Assembly: GCF_004010195.1 (NCBI RefSeq)
Contig: NW_025214922.1
Span: 1 to 39,163 of the forward strand
Direction: 5' to 3'
Origin: Chiloscyllium plagiosum
Taxonomy: Eukaryota
DNA: 39,163 nucleotides
Of the stretch, positions 12,020 through 24,353 are shown in pieces. Within the stretch, counting starts at the first letter, position 1. Each line of letters begins with the position of its first letter. The position numbers and the translations under genes are program-made. The notes beneath the pieces were generated by a model. The model ran no database searches. It was not told where the DNA came from and saw nothing but the letters and a program-made list of their open reading frames with translations.

Positions 12020-12237
12020 TTTTTTCAGTCTCAACTTCCTAACTTATCTGTATAAGACTTCAATGCCCTCTGTCTCCACAACCACTTCAGGGTTCTGACC
12101 TTCACATGGGCGATTTCCTCTTAACAACTAGTCTAAAGGCAGGTTGATTGAGACAGACACAGTGGTTATCCTTTATCTTATGTAATATGTTCTAGGACTT
12201 CAAACCCCACTATTAGAGGACTCTATTAGAGGACTCT

Positions 12238-12445
12238 AACAGCCCTGGGACAAACCATAGGCAATTTAGCATGACCAATCCCCCTAACCTGCACATCTTT
12301 GGACTGAAAGAAGAAACCAATGCACCCTGAGGAAATGTGGAGATGCGGGGAGAATGTGCAAACTCCACACAGTTGCCAGAGGCTGGAATTGAACCCAGGT
12401 CTCTTGACAATTTGAGGCAGCAATGCTAACCAGAGCCAATGTGTC
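12238..12445 (-). mobile_element. HE1-type V-SINE, 5' part (tRNA head + V domain)
   Basis: ggcaatttagcatgaccaatcccctaacctgcacatctttggactg...ggggagaatgtgcaaactccacacag...ggaattgaacccagg is the reverse complement of the V domain and B-box. Confidence 0.88.
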
Positions 12446-12500
12446 ATCTGTTGCTTTGCATCTTCAATACTGTTCTCCGAGGACATCCTTACTTTGGCCC

Positions 12501-12610
12501 TCTAGTGGCGCAGCGAATCTGTCCCTAACCCTGAACCAGAAGGTCCAGGTTCAAGACTCACCTGCTCCAGAGGTGCCTAATAACATCTCTGAACAAGTTA
12601 ATTAGAAAAG
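12501..12610 (+). mobile_element. tRNA-derived SINE fragment
   Basis: tagtggcgcag...gtccctaaccctgaaccagaaggtccaggttcaagac matches the head at 8535. Confidence 0.55.
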
Positions 12611-12748
12611 TAGGTTATATGTTTAAAAAAAACACATTTCCCAAAGAAAGTATTAAGTAGCTTAAGTGTTCATAGATGATCAAGTGTGTGGGGCCAGAAA
12701 ACAGCAGAAACAATCTTTATACAACCAATAAAATGATTTGTCCTATAC

Positions 12749-12907
12749 CTCAGAAACTCAGTTACAAAGTGGTCAAATTAGAGCATATTATCAATTATAA
12801 AGTTTGAAACTTTGATGCCAGTTGCACTACTTAACAAGTAGCATGAAGTGGACAGTGTCTGACCGATTCTTAGTTTAACTTTTGGAATTTCATTGACAAC
12901 TTTTAAA
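12749..12907 (-). other. Candidate non-coding internal exon
   Basis: Minus strand reads gattctcttgcag|TTTAAA...TCTGAG|gtatag. All three frames have stops, so it would be UTR if real. Confidence 0.25.
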
Positions 12908-13704
12908 CTGCAAGAGAATCAGTTAAAAGCAAAACTGCTTGGCAGTCAATCGGTTTTACATTGTTGCCTGCCTAGCTGTCAATAACTGATTTAGCTTCCT
13001 GTTCACAACTGTAACTTTATTATGGTTCGACAGAACATACAAAAGTAGACAGGTTGCAACAATAACACATCAGTTTACATAAAAGTTGGAAATATTGGTG
13101 CAAGTGGACATTTGGAACAGAAAGGAAAAGAAATTAGATGTTCCTTTATGCCTTCCACATTAGTAACCATTTCTGCAAACTTGACACTTATCGTCCAGTA
13201 TTTCGAGGAAAATAAAACATTTTAAAATCCCAACCTAAAAGAATAACATGAATTTCAAATAACAGAAAGCAGGACTACAACATGTGGGAATTTAAGGGAT
13301 GTGAGACTCTTGAGGCAAGCACATCTGCACTCAATGTCTCAGCCTTGAAACTCTCTGGATCAGTAACTGGAGACAGTCCAACACCCAAAGAAAGGGAAGC
13401 AATATATACTCTATGTTTTTCACGTTTTTTTTTAATCAAAAGGTGGTGTTTTTTCAAAGGGAATTTGGTGTGATAGCAGAGGGAATGATGACCTGCAAAG
13501 ATTCAACCAAACCAAGGTATACTGTATTTTAGTACTGCGAGGGTAAGGATAAAGCTCACTGAAAGAACAGTCAGAAAACAGACCAGGATATCCTGCAAAG
13601 GAAATGAGTGAGAAAGCCAAACATAATGGGGATTCAACAATTAAGTGTGATCAAGAATCCCAAAAGGCATATTGCCTGTCACCTATCTGAATTTTTTTTA
13701 AAAA

Positions 13705-14785
13705 CCATTTCATGGAATGTGCATATTGGCACATTTATTGCCCATCCCTAGTTGCCTTTGAGGTGGCAATTTGTGTCTTCTTGAATTGCTACAGTCCACA
13801 TGTTGTTGTTAGATCCACAATGCCATTAGAAAGGGAATTCCAGGATTTTTGACCCAGTGACAGGGAAGAAATGTGAGATATATTTCCAAGTCAGGATGAG
13901 GAGTGACTTAAAGGAGAACTTGTAGGTGATCATGTTCCCACGTATCCTTCTCGATAGAAGCTGTCACAGGGTTGGAAGGTACTATTGAAGGAGCCTCATG
14001 CAGTGAATCCTGATAATGATAACCATTGCTACTACCTAGCAGTGATGATGGAGGGAGTGAATGTGTTCCAGTGACATAGGCAGCTCTGTCCTGGATAGCA
14101 TCAAGCTTCTTGAGCGTTCTCTGGACATATATAGCTCCAACAAAAGGAGAATATTCCATTGGACTCCTGCTTCATGCCTTGTCAATAGTGTCCAGGTTTT
14201 GGAAATCAGTAGCAGAGTTTTATGTAGTTATTGCAGGTTTCCCAGCCTAACCTATTTTGTCACCTCTGTACTTGTATGGCTGGTCCAGTTCAATTTCTGG
14301 TCAATGATAACCCTCAGGACATTAACTGTAGGAATTCTGTGATGGTTTCACCATTGAATATAAAGGGAGAGTTAGATAGATTCTCTCGTGTTGGGAGATG
14401 TTCACAAGTGTTAGTTGCCACTTTTCAGCCCAAGTCAGGATAATATCCTGATCTTAAAAACCGAAAGAATTGCAGAAGCTTTGAATCAGAAACAAAAACA
14501 AAAGTTGCTGGAAAAGCTCAGCAGGTCTGGCCACATCTGTGAAGAGAAATCAGAGTTATTATTTCAGATCCAATGGCTCTTCCTCAAAACTGTTCTGAGG
14601 AAAGATCACCAGACCTAAAGCATTAACTCTGATTTCTCTTCACAGATGTGACCAGACCTGCTGAGCTTTTCCAGCAACTTCTATTTTTTGTTTCTAATAT
14701 CCAGGTCTTGCTGCATTTGGGCAAACTGTTACAGCATCTGATGAGGAATGAATGATGCTGCAGTCATTCACAAACATCCCATCTT
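13705..14785 (-). mobile_element. Old CR1/L2-type LINE 3' fragment, interrupted by a hairpin element
   Basis: Tail catttattgcccatccctagttgcc. Translation MEYSPF...TLKKLDAIQDRAAY. Resumes after 14694. Confidence 0.75.
14456..14694. mobile_element. Penelope-terminal-repeat-derived palindromic non-autonomous element with 15-bp TSD
   Basis: Inverted arms at ~14488-14590 and ~14592-14694. Flanks are taatatcctgatctt (14441-14455) and taatatccaggtctt (14695-14709). Confidence 0.8.
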
Positions 14786-15784
14786 AAAGAAACACATGGG
14801 TGACAGATTGGTGGGATTGTATTTCATGTATTTCTAACAAAGAAAATAATCAGAAGTCGTGCTTTAAGCAATGTAGGTCAAAAGAAAACTAAAAGATATA
14901 AATGGAGTAAAAAGTATATTTTTTTCTTGTCTTGAGAAGCAGTGTGAAAAAAGGGGAGAGGTAGAGTGCAGGGGGAGGCTGAGACAGACAGAGACGGAGA
15001 GAGATACAAAGATTGGAATCCTAAAAAAGGGGATCAACCACCAGGGCTGGATGGATTGTTCCCTAGAATGTTGAAGATGGTCAGGAAAGAAATAACAAAT
15101 GCTCTGACGATTATTTTTTAAATTTTCACTGAAGATTGATACAAAATCAGGTTGCAGGTTCAGGGGAGATAGAGAGAGGAAAGGAGTAGTTTTAGTGGTA
15201 AGGCAAAACCACTTCAAATGTTGAGATGATAGAAAAACGATTACGCAACCTGGAGAGACTTTATGGGTAGAATCAAGAAATTTTTTTAAAAGACCTTAGT
15301 GCGAGTGGTATACAGATGTCTTGATAGCAGCTGTGAATCGGTACCTTGTATAAATACAGAGATTAAACAAGTGGAAAATAAAAGTGGTTTCCATGGAGGA
15401 CAAACTTCCATACAGATACAGATGCCCATAAAACGGGAACAAGCAAGCAAGAGGCTAACTTAAGTGCATACGACATGATTAGATCTGACTAGGAGGCATA
15501 TGTTAGAGTAAAACAAACTAGATTTAGTCAACAGCCTAACAGTGTATCAGCATTTCACTCAAAGTAATTATAATAAGCAAGTTCAACAGTGTTTGAAAAC
15601 AAAACAAAAACATAAAACAGGATTCTCTACTTTGGTCAGACTGATCTCGAGAAAATAATGACTTACAGTGAATGGAGAAAGACTTAATAGGTAAAATGAC
15701 AGATGCGCAGTAGGACATGCTTGAAGAATGTATAATACAGTATCAGTTTGTACTCCTAAGAGGCAAGAGTTTGACTTGTCAAAA

Positions 15785-16000
15785 AGTCCGCTAAGAATTT
15801 TGCATGTTTTAATACGGTCTCTTCTCATTCTACTGAATTCTGAATAATACATGCCCAACCTACTCAACCATGCCTCAGATGGCCCCCCCACACTTGGTAT
15901 TAACCTTTGTTGCACTGCCTTCAATGCTAGTATATCTTTCTTTAGATAAGGGGACAAAAACTATTCACAGTATTCCAGCAGTGGTCTGGCCATCCCTTGT
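15785..16000 (-). mobile_element. CR1 LINE RT C-terminal fragment
   Basis: Translates as SPYLKKDILALKAVQQRLIP...LSRLGMYYSEFSRMRRDRIKTCKILSGL. Confidence 0.8.
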
Positions 16001-16344
16001 ACAGGGCAGGTGTGCAAGTGAGTTGTACTTGATCATCATGCAAGACGTCATCAACAGCACTATAAAAGCAGCACTAATACTCATTTTGGTTTCTGCCACA
16101 GGCACTCAACTCCTGACCTTACTGCAGCATTTGTTCAAACATGGCTAGATGATCTGATTTCCAGAGGGGGCGGAGAGTGACAGCCCTGAATATCAAAGCT
16201 GAACTTGAACAGGTACAGCAAAGAACCTTAGTAAAACTGGAGTTAATGGGAATCAGAGGAAAAACTCTCCACTGGTTGGAGGTATGGACATCACAAAAGG
16301 AAGATGTTTATGGTTGTTGGAGGTCAATCATCTCAATTCTAAGA

Positions 16345-16570
16345 TGTAGTGATTAGAACCAGATGGACCTCATTGGCAACCAGGTCCTGAATTGGCCCAC
16401 ATTAACAACCCCAAACAGGAGGCACAGTCTGACCAATATTAACAGGGGATTTAGAATCTTCTCAGTTCAGGGGACTAGCTCTGAGCTGGTTGGCCACAGC
16501 CAGTGTACTGTGCACAAGTAAATAAAAGGGTGAATTGGTGAGGGATACCAGCTTCTATGCTGTTATTTCA
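16345..16570 (+). mobile_element. Solo LTR (~226 bp) nested in a LINE
   Basis: Runs TGTAGTG...TTATTTCA with AATAAA at ~16520. It interrupts LINE RT sequence. Flanks taaga/caagg may be a degraded 5-bp TSD. Confidence 0.65.
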
Positions 16571-16881
16571 CAAGGCATCTCTGCAGGATTTCCCCAGGCA
16601 GTTTCCTTGACCCAAACTGCTGCTTCAGCAACCTTCCCTCCATCATAAAAAGGTTACAAACGGGAATATTTGCTAATGATCAGTTTCAATACCATTTCAA
16701 CTCCTCAGATACTGAAGCAGTTCATGTCCAATATCTGGCTTCAACTGACAAGTGGCAAGTAACACACGTTACACAAATGACAGGCAATTAGACCAATAAA
16801 ATGGTCTAAATTTCACTGCTTGACATTCAATGCCATTAGTATTGTTCAAGGACCCCTCCCCCCCCAATATCAACACTCTGG

Positions 16882-17160
16882 GGCAAATTACTGCAGGTGA
16901 TGGAATCTGTTCTGTAAACAAAAGGTGGAGATCATAGCAGGTCAGCAGCATCTATGGAGAGAAAGCAAGCTAATGTTTTGAGTATAGATGACTGTTCAGA
17001 GCTGAAGTGAAGTGTGGAGGGGCCAGCCTTTATGCAATAATGGGCGTAGAGGGGTGGGTTTGGAGCACTGTGGGAGAAAGGATGTTGATAGTTCAGATTA
17101 AGTGATCAGAATGGGAGAATGGCCTGACCCGCTGTGTTCTTCAGCATTTTGTTTTCAACA
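16882..17160 (-). mobile_element. Penelope-like terminal repeat fragment nested in a LINE
   Basis: aaattactgcag..ggaatctgt...ggagatcatagcaggtcagcagcatctatggagagaaagcaagctaa is the same family as 32585-32810. Confidence 0.6.
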
Positions 17161-17779
17161 CCCTGGGGGTACTATTAACCAGAAAATGTACTGGTTTGGA
17201 ATTCTGCAGCACATAACTTAGAGTCCCCAAAACCTGACCATCATGGATAAGACCCAAGTCAGAACTATGAAGGAGTACACGCCATTTGCCTACATTAGTG
17301 CAGCTCCAACAAACATTCAAGAAGTTTGATACGATCAAGGTCAAATCAGCCTACTTAATTGGCCAGCATCTCCACAAACATTCACTCCCTTCGCCATTGA
17401 TGCACAGCATCAGCAGTGTATACCATCTCAAGACGCATTGCCAAAATTCACCAAAGCAACATTTTCCCAGCCACTTACACCCAAAACCATGACTTTGTCA
17501 TTATTCCAATGTCACTGGGTCAAAATCCCTAAATACCCTCCCTCAGAACATTGTGGGTGTGCCTACACCAAATGGACTGCAGTGGTTCAAGGAAAGACAG
17601 CCCACCACCATCCTCATGAGGGGAACAAATGCTGGCAGCCAACCAGCAAGCTCACAGCCAAGATGGAATTCTTTTAAACATCACCATTACTGTGGCAGCC
17701 TTCCATTTCCTACGTGGAGGGTTTGAAGTGTATATGGTCAATTATGTTAAGATAAGAATGTGTCTCAGGAGTCCTGTAC

Positions 17780-19560
17780 AGTGTGGCAGCCTTTGCTACT
17801 TTTGCTGCAGAGGAAAGACAGCAAGCCGAGAAGCTGCACAATTCACTGGTCTGTTTCTCTGGACTTGCTCTTGCTTCTGTTGGATTAGCTTTTCAATTTT
17901 GCACAGCTATTCCAATACTCTTCCAAGTTTCCAGGGGTCACTGCAATCAGTAGCTGACTACCTGTGGTCAGCGTAGATGTTCACCACCTTCATATTTCAC
18001 TTGCAAGTATCCTTGCAGCAGAGGAATGGGTGGCCAGCTGTGTTCAGAGCTTCTTCCTGCCAAGCCTATGCTGTCTGTGTCTCACTACTAGAGGAGTACA
18101 TCAAGGACAAAGATTTGGTCCACTTGCAGTTTGGTGTCCTCAGTTAGGCTACTGCTCTTCCACACATTCTTATACAGTTTAGATACACCAGCTTTTGCAA
18201 TGGGCATGTTTGTTTCAGCATCAAGTGACAGGTTGCTGGTAACTGAAGTGCTGAGAAATGTGAAACGAACAACCACACAGTGTCACATCATCGCTGATAG
18301 ATGGCAGTAAAGGTAATGTACTGGACAGTGCCATTTGTCTTCCTAGTGATGGTCAAAGCAAACCTTTTGAATGAAGAGTGTATATCATTGCTACTCAAAG
18401 TTTTCTTCACTCTGGAATTCTACTACAGTATGAACTTACAGAAATTCTGAATGAGGACTTGACGCACTTTTGTCTTGAATCTCAGCTAAGTCTGAACAGT
18501 GTCAGTTGTGGTATGTAAATAGACACCATTGTAGATGGCCCAAACTTACATGGCAGCAAGGAGAAAATTAAAACAAAAAGCAATGATTCACCTCACTGCA
18601 GATCTCAAAAGATCCAAGGTTGTTCCATCATGGCTGACCTTATCTATCATACTGTCATGTAAATACGAGAAGACGAACAGCTTGGACAGGTAGCTAATTT
18701 TCAAGAGCACATTAAATAGACCATCTCTACTCACATGGTTGAACGCCTTGGTGAGATCAATGAAGGAAATATATAGTGGTCTTTTTTGGCTGAAGGCATT
18801 TTGCAACTGCCAAACTTAAAAGATCACTTAAATTATAAGTCTTCCAGTTCTGAACCAAGACCAGAATTCAGAATAGACACATTCTATCAGGATCTGCAGT
18901 ATGACATGAACAACATAGTGAATACTTTTCCCAGGATTTACAGGGCGATAGTGCAATTGTTGCTGCAATCACTGCAGTCTCAGGTGTTCTTAAATGGGGT
19001 CATAAATGTTGCATCACACATGTCATGGGTCAGTGTCCCTTCTGCTAACAGAGATGAACAGCTGGTTGCATATGCCACAAGAGTGCTAGTTCAAAGCAGA
19101 ACCCCAAGTAGCTTCGCCTATAGCACGAGTCAAAGGCATTGCTACGTACCTCATGTTAGGTTTGAAATCGGATTACAGACAGGCTTTCTGAAGCTTCCCT
19201 AGTGACAATATTCTTAATTGAGTTCACCTCAAGGTACTGTTCCACCATCTCTTCAACTGTTTATTGCAAATCAATGATCTCCTATATTTTTGTTTCCAAT
19301 GCAGAGCTTTTCTTTGCTTATGGAATTATTTCTTTTTTGATCCCTTGATTTATGCCCTTAGTCTTTCATGTTGAAGGACATCTGAACATCCTGGTAAGAA
19401 ATTTTAGTCATTGGCACTTCACTAGTGCACTATATTACTTCGAGCTACTCTTGCTGTGTACAGTCTTCTCTTTTGGATTTCTCTTAATTAATGAGAGTGA
19501 ACTGCTCAGCTTTAGTCAGATTCCATTACATTAGCCACAAATCAATCAGCATTTTCCAGT
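17780..19560 (-). mobile_element. Degraded RTE-clade LINE
   Basis: QKRPLYISFIDLTKAFNHVSRDGLFNVLLKI and FTFLSTSVTSNLSLDAET...LYKNVWKSSSLTEDTKLQV are RTE RT signatures. Ends are approximate. Confidence 0.85.
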
Positions 19561-21008
19561 CTTGCTTCCCTTATGTGCAATATAGTATACAAAGATGGTG
19601 ATACAAAGAATGTTCCATTTCATTTCCACATTCTGCTGGGGAATACCAAATAGGTGCTTATTGGATTGACTCAGGAACTGTTGTTTATCTCTGGACAGGT
19701 AGTAAGCCAGACTTTAACATCTCAGCTTTGAACGAAAATACTTCAAAAAGGTTGCATCCAAACCCTGGTGCACAGTAAGAAATTATCTTGCCAATCTACA
19801 CTGTGGCATCTGAATGTAGGGAGAATGCTGTTCAGCAAGTCATTATCAAATCCAGCTGGTGCTAATGCCCTGAACGTGCGGCACTGGGATTCTTTGCAAC
19901 ATAATGCATTTAACCAAGAAGTTCCCATCTCCTTGAAAAACAGCCGATTATCAGAAGAGAATTTCCTCCAATAAAAACATTATTCAAGTCAAGGATCAAA
20001 ATATTAAAAGGTTCACCATTGTGTAAGCATAATCAAAAGGGAAATATGAGAAAACAGATCAAGGTACTTGTTTCTAATACAATTCACACAAAGGCTGAGC
20101 ACATTTCGGTTTGAATGCCTGATGTTGTGCCTCTACCAATGTGTACTCAACATATAAATTTGATTATAAGGAAGGATGCACTGCAGTCAAGCTTCTCTCA
20201 TTCTAACATTTTTTTGAATAAACATTAACCTTTGAAAATATCAACTTCAACATTGAAGATGATTGGAAATCAAATGGAATTCAACAGAAGTCACAAACAA
20301 CGTAAACAACCGAATATCCCCTGAATTCAATCTCCTACAAGGTTTATGGGAAACATTAAATCACATATGCATAAACTATGACACATCATGTTTGGTACAC
20401 AAATGGAAAATTAAAGATCTGTGCATCTGTAGTCATTTACACAAGACCTTACACATACAACTCAATGCCCAATTGACAACTGCAAAAGGAAGCAACTTTG
20501 TGATAGCACTGCACAACACTTGTCACAATTATAGGATTTAGTCAAGTAAAAACAAAATTATAGTTGTTACTGTGGGTCTACGTTAGTCATATGAAAGAGA
20601 AAGTTTTACTTACAACTACAAAACAAACTTCAAGGAACTACTTGGACATGCTGTTAATCAGACCTCTGGCAGCGCTGCTAAAACAGTCAACCACCCATTA
20701 GTTCACTTATGGAGATCATTAAATGTTGTTTTGCTTGAAAGTACTTAGTACAGATTTATTATGGGATCAATAAGGCTAAATTCCTGTAACGGTTCAAACA
20801 TCAATGAGAATTTAAATGGGGGGCATGAATAGTCCTCCAAAAAAATAGTGACTTAAATAAACAAATTGTTGATCATAGCTGCCCCCATTTCAAGTACCAG
20901 ATGATTTGTGTGCTTTTATTTGATAATATTTCTGGTGGCTAAACTAATATACAAAGTCTCGTACAAAAATTTGTAAAATTTCATTTTTAAGTCATCAGTA
21001 ATATTTAC

Positions 21009-21346
21009 CTTTCCAAGGCACGTCTTGCACATGGACAAATTAAATAGACTGCGAGTGGCTTATTGATTGTCTGAAACAGGATTCAATTTCCCAGACAAAT
21101 GATTTTGTGACAGATGCGACCAACTCTCCAACATGCCTACCATTTCAGCCAATCGAGACAGATGGATGAAAGGTGATACTGGTCTGGTAAGGGACAATCA
21201 TTTCCTTTTATGTTGTTTGAACTGATGTTCTCCTCTGTTTTTGAAGATATTTAGTAATTATTTGTGTACAAAATAAAAGATGTTGGTTGCTTCCCAGTGG
21301 CAAGGCAAATTAGTTAATATTCATTCATAAGCCTCAACACCAGGAT
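21009..21346 (-). other. Candidate second exon of the minus-strand gene (alternative acceptor at 21070)
   Basis: Donor GAAAG|gtaaat at 21009/21008. Acceptors ttattttcag| (21346) or aatcctgtttcag| (21070). Contains short ATG-initiated ORFs. Confidence 0.35.
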
Positions 21347-23090
21347 CTGAAAATAATTTTATTTCAGGTAGCATCATAGTCCAGCTGTAACCCAGGAGCT
21401 TTAATGTAAACTGGTGCCTTTACCACTAGCTGAGCTGAGCATTTCAGCAGAGAAAACAGATGAAATATGAAAAATCTTTAATGCTCAGTATGATTCTGTG
21501 TAGTCTGGACAGGAGTTCAAGGAGGCCAATAGGTTATTTATCATCAAGCTCCCTTATACCATAATACATAAAAAGGTATCTGTGCAAAGTAATAAACTCA
21601 ATTACTCCAACTTCCATGCTGTGATCTGTATTGAGTAGTTCAACTCAGATGGATCAACAGCACAAGCAAAGGTGCCCTTGGTTAAACAAAGAAAAACAGA
21701 ATTCCTACCAATATCTGCAATCCACTCACTTCTGTTGGAAAGTGGACATTTTGGCTACAAAACAAATATGTGGTCACACCGAGGACAGATTTGGATTGAT
21801 TGCAATCTTGATAGAATAGCTTGCCAGTCACTGCCTGCCATGACAATAGGAAGGAATAAGTTGGAACTGAAGTTAAGGGTTATACACAAATCTTGCCTTG
21901 TAGTATTTGTGGGTATAAGCAGAGTTTACAAGTATATCAAGACATAAACAATGGGAAGCCCCCAACTTTGTACTTTTGCCTATAATGAGTTAATACAATT
22001 GCAACTAGGGAAACAGTAGGAACATTCCAAAAAGGTGAGCTGAGGGGGAAAACCAAGACCTCTGTCACATTCCTGACCACTATCCAACGACTGTTGGAAT
22101 GTCAAGGAGCGTCAGAAAAAGGAGCTTTAATCTTGATCATTTCGCAATGGGACTATTTACACAAGTTGTCGAGGTTTACCGCGAGGATTAAACACTTCGT
22201 AGTCCTTTAAAAGCTTATCTATCATCCGTGGAACCTAATCGTACGTTTCAGGACTTAGGAAAGGAAAGCATTGGGGTGGCGGGAGGAAATAGAAACAGTA
22301 AATTGTTTTATATGCACTTAATGATGTAAGTAACTCATTCGTAAGGCACAGAATCAATATTTCAAATGGCACCAAACCATTCGGCCACATCACATGGCGG
22401 TTAAATTCTGTGCTGCACTTAGATCTCACAAATAAGTACAAACAAGTGTCAGTTATTATCCACTCAAAAGGTTTTAATAATCAGAACGTTATACGACATT
22501 ATATATTCAGCTTTCAAGCGGAGGAATTTGCGGTGGTGATACGCACAGGCTACGATCTTTTCAGAATTGAAAAACAGACATTTCTTTATTTTTCTCTAAG
22601 GATAACTAAGTAAATTGATCCCATGTTCCTACTTTTTGTGCAATCAAACTGAAAAGTGGTAGCGAATCAGCATCGTTATTCATTACACTATCAGATTAAC
22701 CGAATGAGTACAAAATGCCTTCTATAAGTCGCATTTTGTGGCTATAAGTACACTCCATATAGACATAAAACAAACATTTAATTCGTCTCTCATAAAACAT
22801 TATTCCAGAGGAATAAACTTGGAGGGCGCTGCAAAAACAAAGTACCACAAATAATTGAAAAAAAAACGTGATCGATCGCACGCTTCGCATAGCTACGAAT
22901 TGTTTCAATAAATGTCAGAATACTGTTTTGGGGGAGAAGTGATACGGGGAGCACCAATCTTTCTGCTAAGGACTGAGAACACAGGAATACAACATAAACA
23001 CGTTCTCAGCACAACTATCATACTACGTGTGAGTGTAAATTATTTCGGGCTTCTGCCTTTCAGTTTGCCGCAGTCCTTCCTTTCACTTAC

Positions 23091-23420
23091 CGCTCCAGTG
23101 TGTTGTAGTGGGTGGGGGTGAGGGAGGGAAGGCCCCACTGTCCTCACGCGAGTCCCAGACTGCCGTCTCCCATTCACAATCTCACTTCGGGGCCCAGCCG
23201 AGTGTTTTCAGACCTCAATCCGCAGTACTCTGATCTTGGCCGGAAATTTCTCTTCCTCCCCTCCCCTCCCCCTTTCAACCTCCTTCGGAACAAATAAAAC
23301 CGAGCATAAGAAACAAAGTCAAAGACACGTCTCGAGACTTCGGACTTTAAGACCAACCGCTTCCTCTCCGTCACCGCTCTGAAGAGTGCAGGCGGTTAAA
23401 AAAAAAGCTGAACGCTTTAA
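23091..23420 (-). other. Probable non-coding first exon of an unidentified minus-strand gene
   Basis: CpG-rich segment just downstream of the promoter motifs, ending at a strong donor GCG|GTAAGT (23091/23090). No convincing coding start. TSS is approximate. Confidence 0.6.
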
Positions 23421-23429
23421 TTTTGAGGA

Positions 23430-23760
23430 AAATAATTTCGAAACATTAGAAAAAACGTTTTCAAACGGCCTTTGACTTTCCGCGGGCCTGCCTAGAACGA
23501 CACCTCCGATTGGTCTATGCTTGGTCACGCGACACTCCAACCAAAGCGTACTGTAAGAAAGCTCCCGATTGGTTCGGCCGTCTACCGGAAGCGTTTTTGT
23601 TTCTTTGCAGGGAAAATTAAATTGATCCAAAGGTTGAAATTAATCTGTACATAAAATGCAGCAACATAGTTGCCGACATAAATGTGTTAAAAGTAATGTT
23701 TTCCACATGTTGACCTTTGGCCTCCTGAGGCCTGGTCGGTTAAATCACGTGACGGCTACC
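23430..23760 (-). promoter_or_regulatory. CpG-island promoter with CHR, two CCAAT boxes, ETS and E-box sites
   Basis: TTTGAA (CHR) on the minus strand at 23460-23465. CCAAT on the minus strand at 23509-23513 and 23568-23572, both in a CCGATTGGT context. CCGGAAG at 23585-23591. TCACGTGAC at 23745-23753. Local CpG enrichment in an otherwise CpG-poor window. Confidence 0.75.
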
Positions 23761-24353
23761 TTAAACCTCGAGCTGATGTCTCGTTGTTCGTGTGTTTATA
23801 GCTTTCAATCTCTTTTTTTTAGTTATTCTGAAGAAAAGTTAGAGGAGGGTCGAAATCTTAATAGTCTGTCTCTCGGTTGCCAGACGCGCTTGGTTTCTTC
23901 CTGTGCTCTCTGTTTTCGTTTCAGGTCTCTAGCATCCGCTATACTCTGTTATCGCTTGTATCTTTTCCTCTAATTTGATTACCTTTGTTCAAAATATTTG
24001 CATATGGTTTGTACCCTGTAATGGACAATTTCCGCAACTGTAGTCGCTGTGTAAAGTGAAAGTCATTCAATAATTCGTGTACAATGAATTTAAAGTGATC
24101 TGTGGGAGTCGTTTTACTTGAATCTCGATACGAATTACTAATATTTAGATGTCGTAAATTCTGTGAATTTGAAAATCTAACTTAAATTTCTCAAGATTTT
24201 GGTTGTCTGTAGAGTTCCATAATCGGTACTTATTGTATCCATTTAAAGATTACAATTTCCCAAATCTTTCAACTGATATCTATATGACTGAAGCAGCTAG
24301 TACTAATTTGAGAGAGAAACGATGTAAAACTAATGTTTAAATACCAACGTACT

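Larger units (their letters stand above)
9361..12237 (-). mobile_element. Defective endogenous retrovirus carrying a captured RBPMS2 CDS (5' LTR absent)
   Basis: Minus-strand order: leader, gag (MGQ...), Zn-knuckle relic, RBPMS2 retrocopy, env TM stub, PPT, TG...CA LTR. The whole block interrupts one SINE. Confidence 0.8.
16030..17650 (+). mobile_element. Old CR1/L2-type LINE RT-to-tail fragment with nested insertions
   Basis: RT remnants (ALNIKA, GIRGKTLHWLE, atctctgcaggattccccaggcag, FAND), TFKKFDTIKVKSAYLIG, and a tail matching 1-150. Confidence 0.75.
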
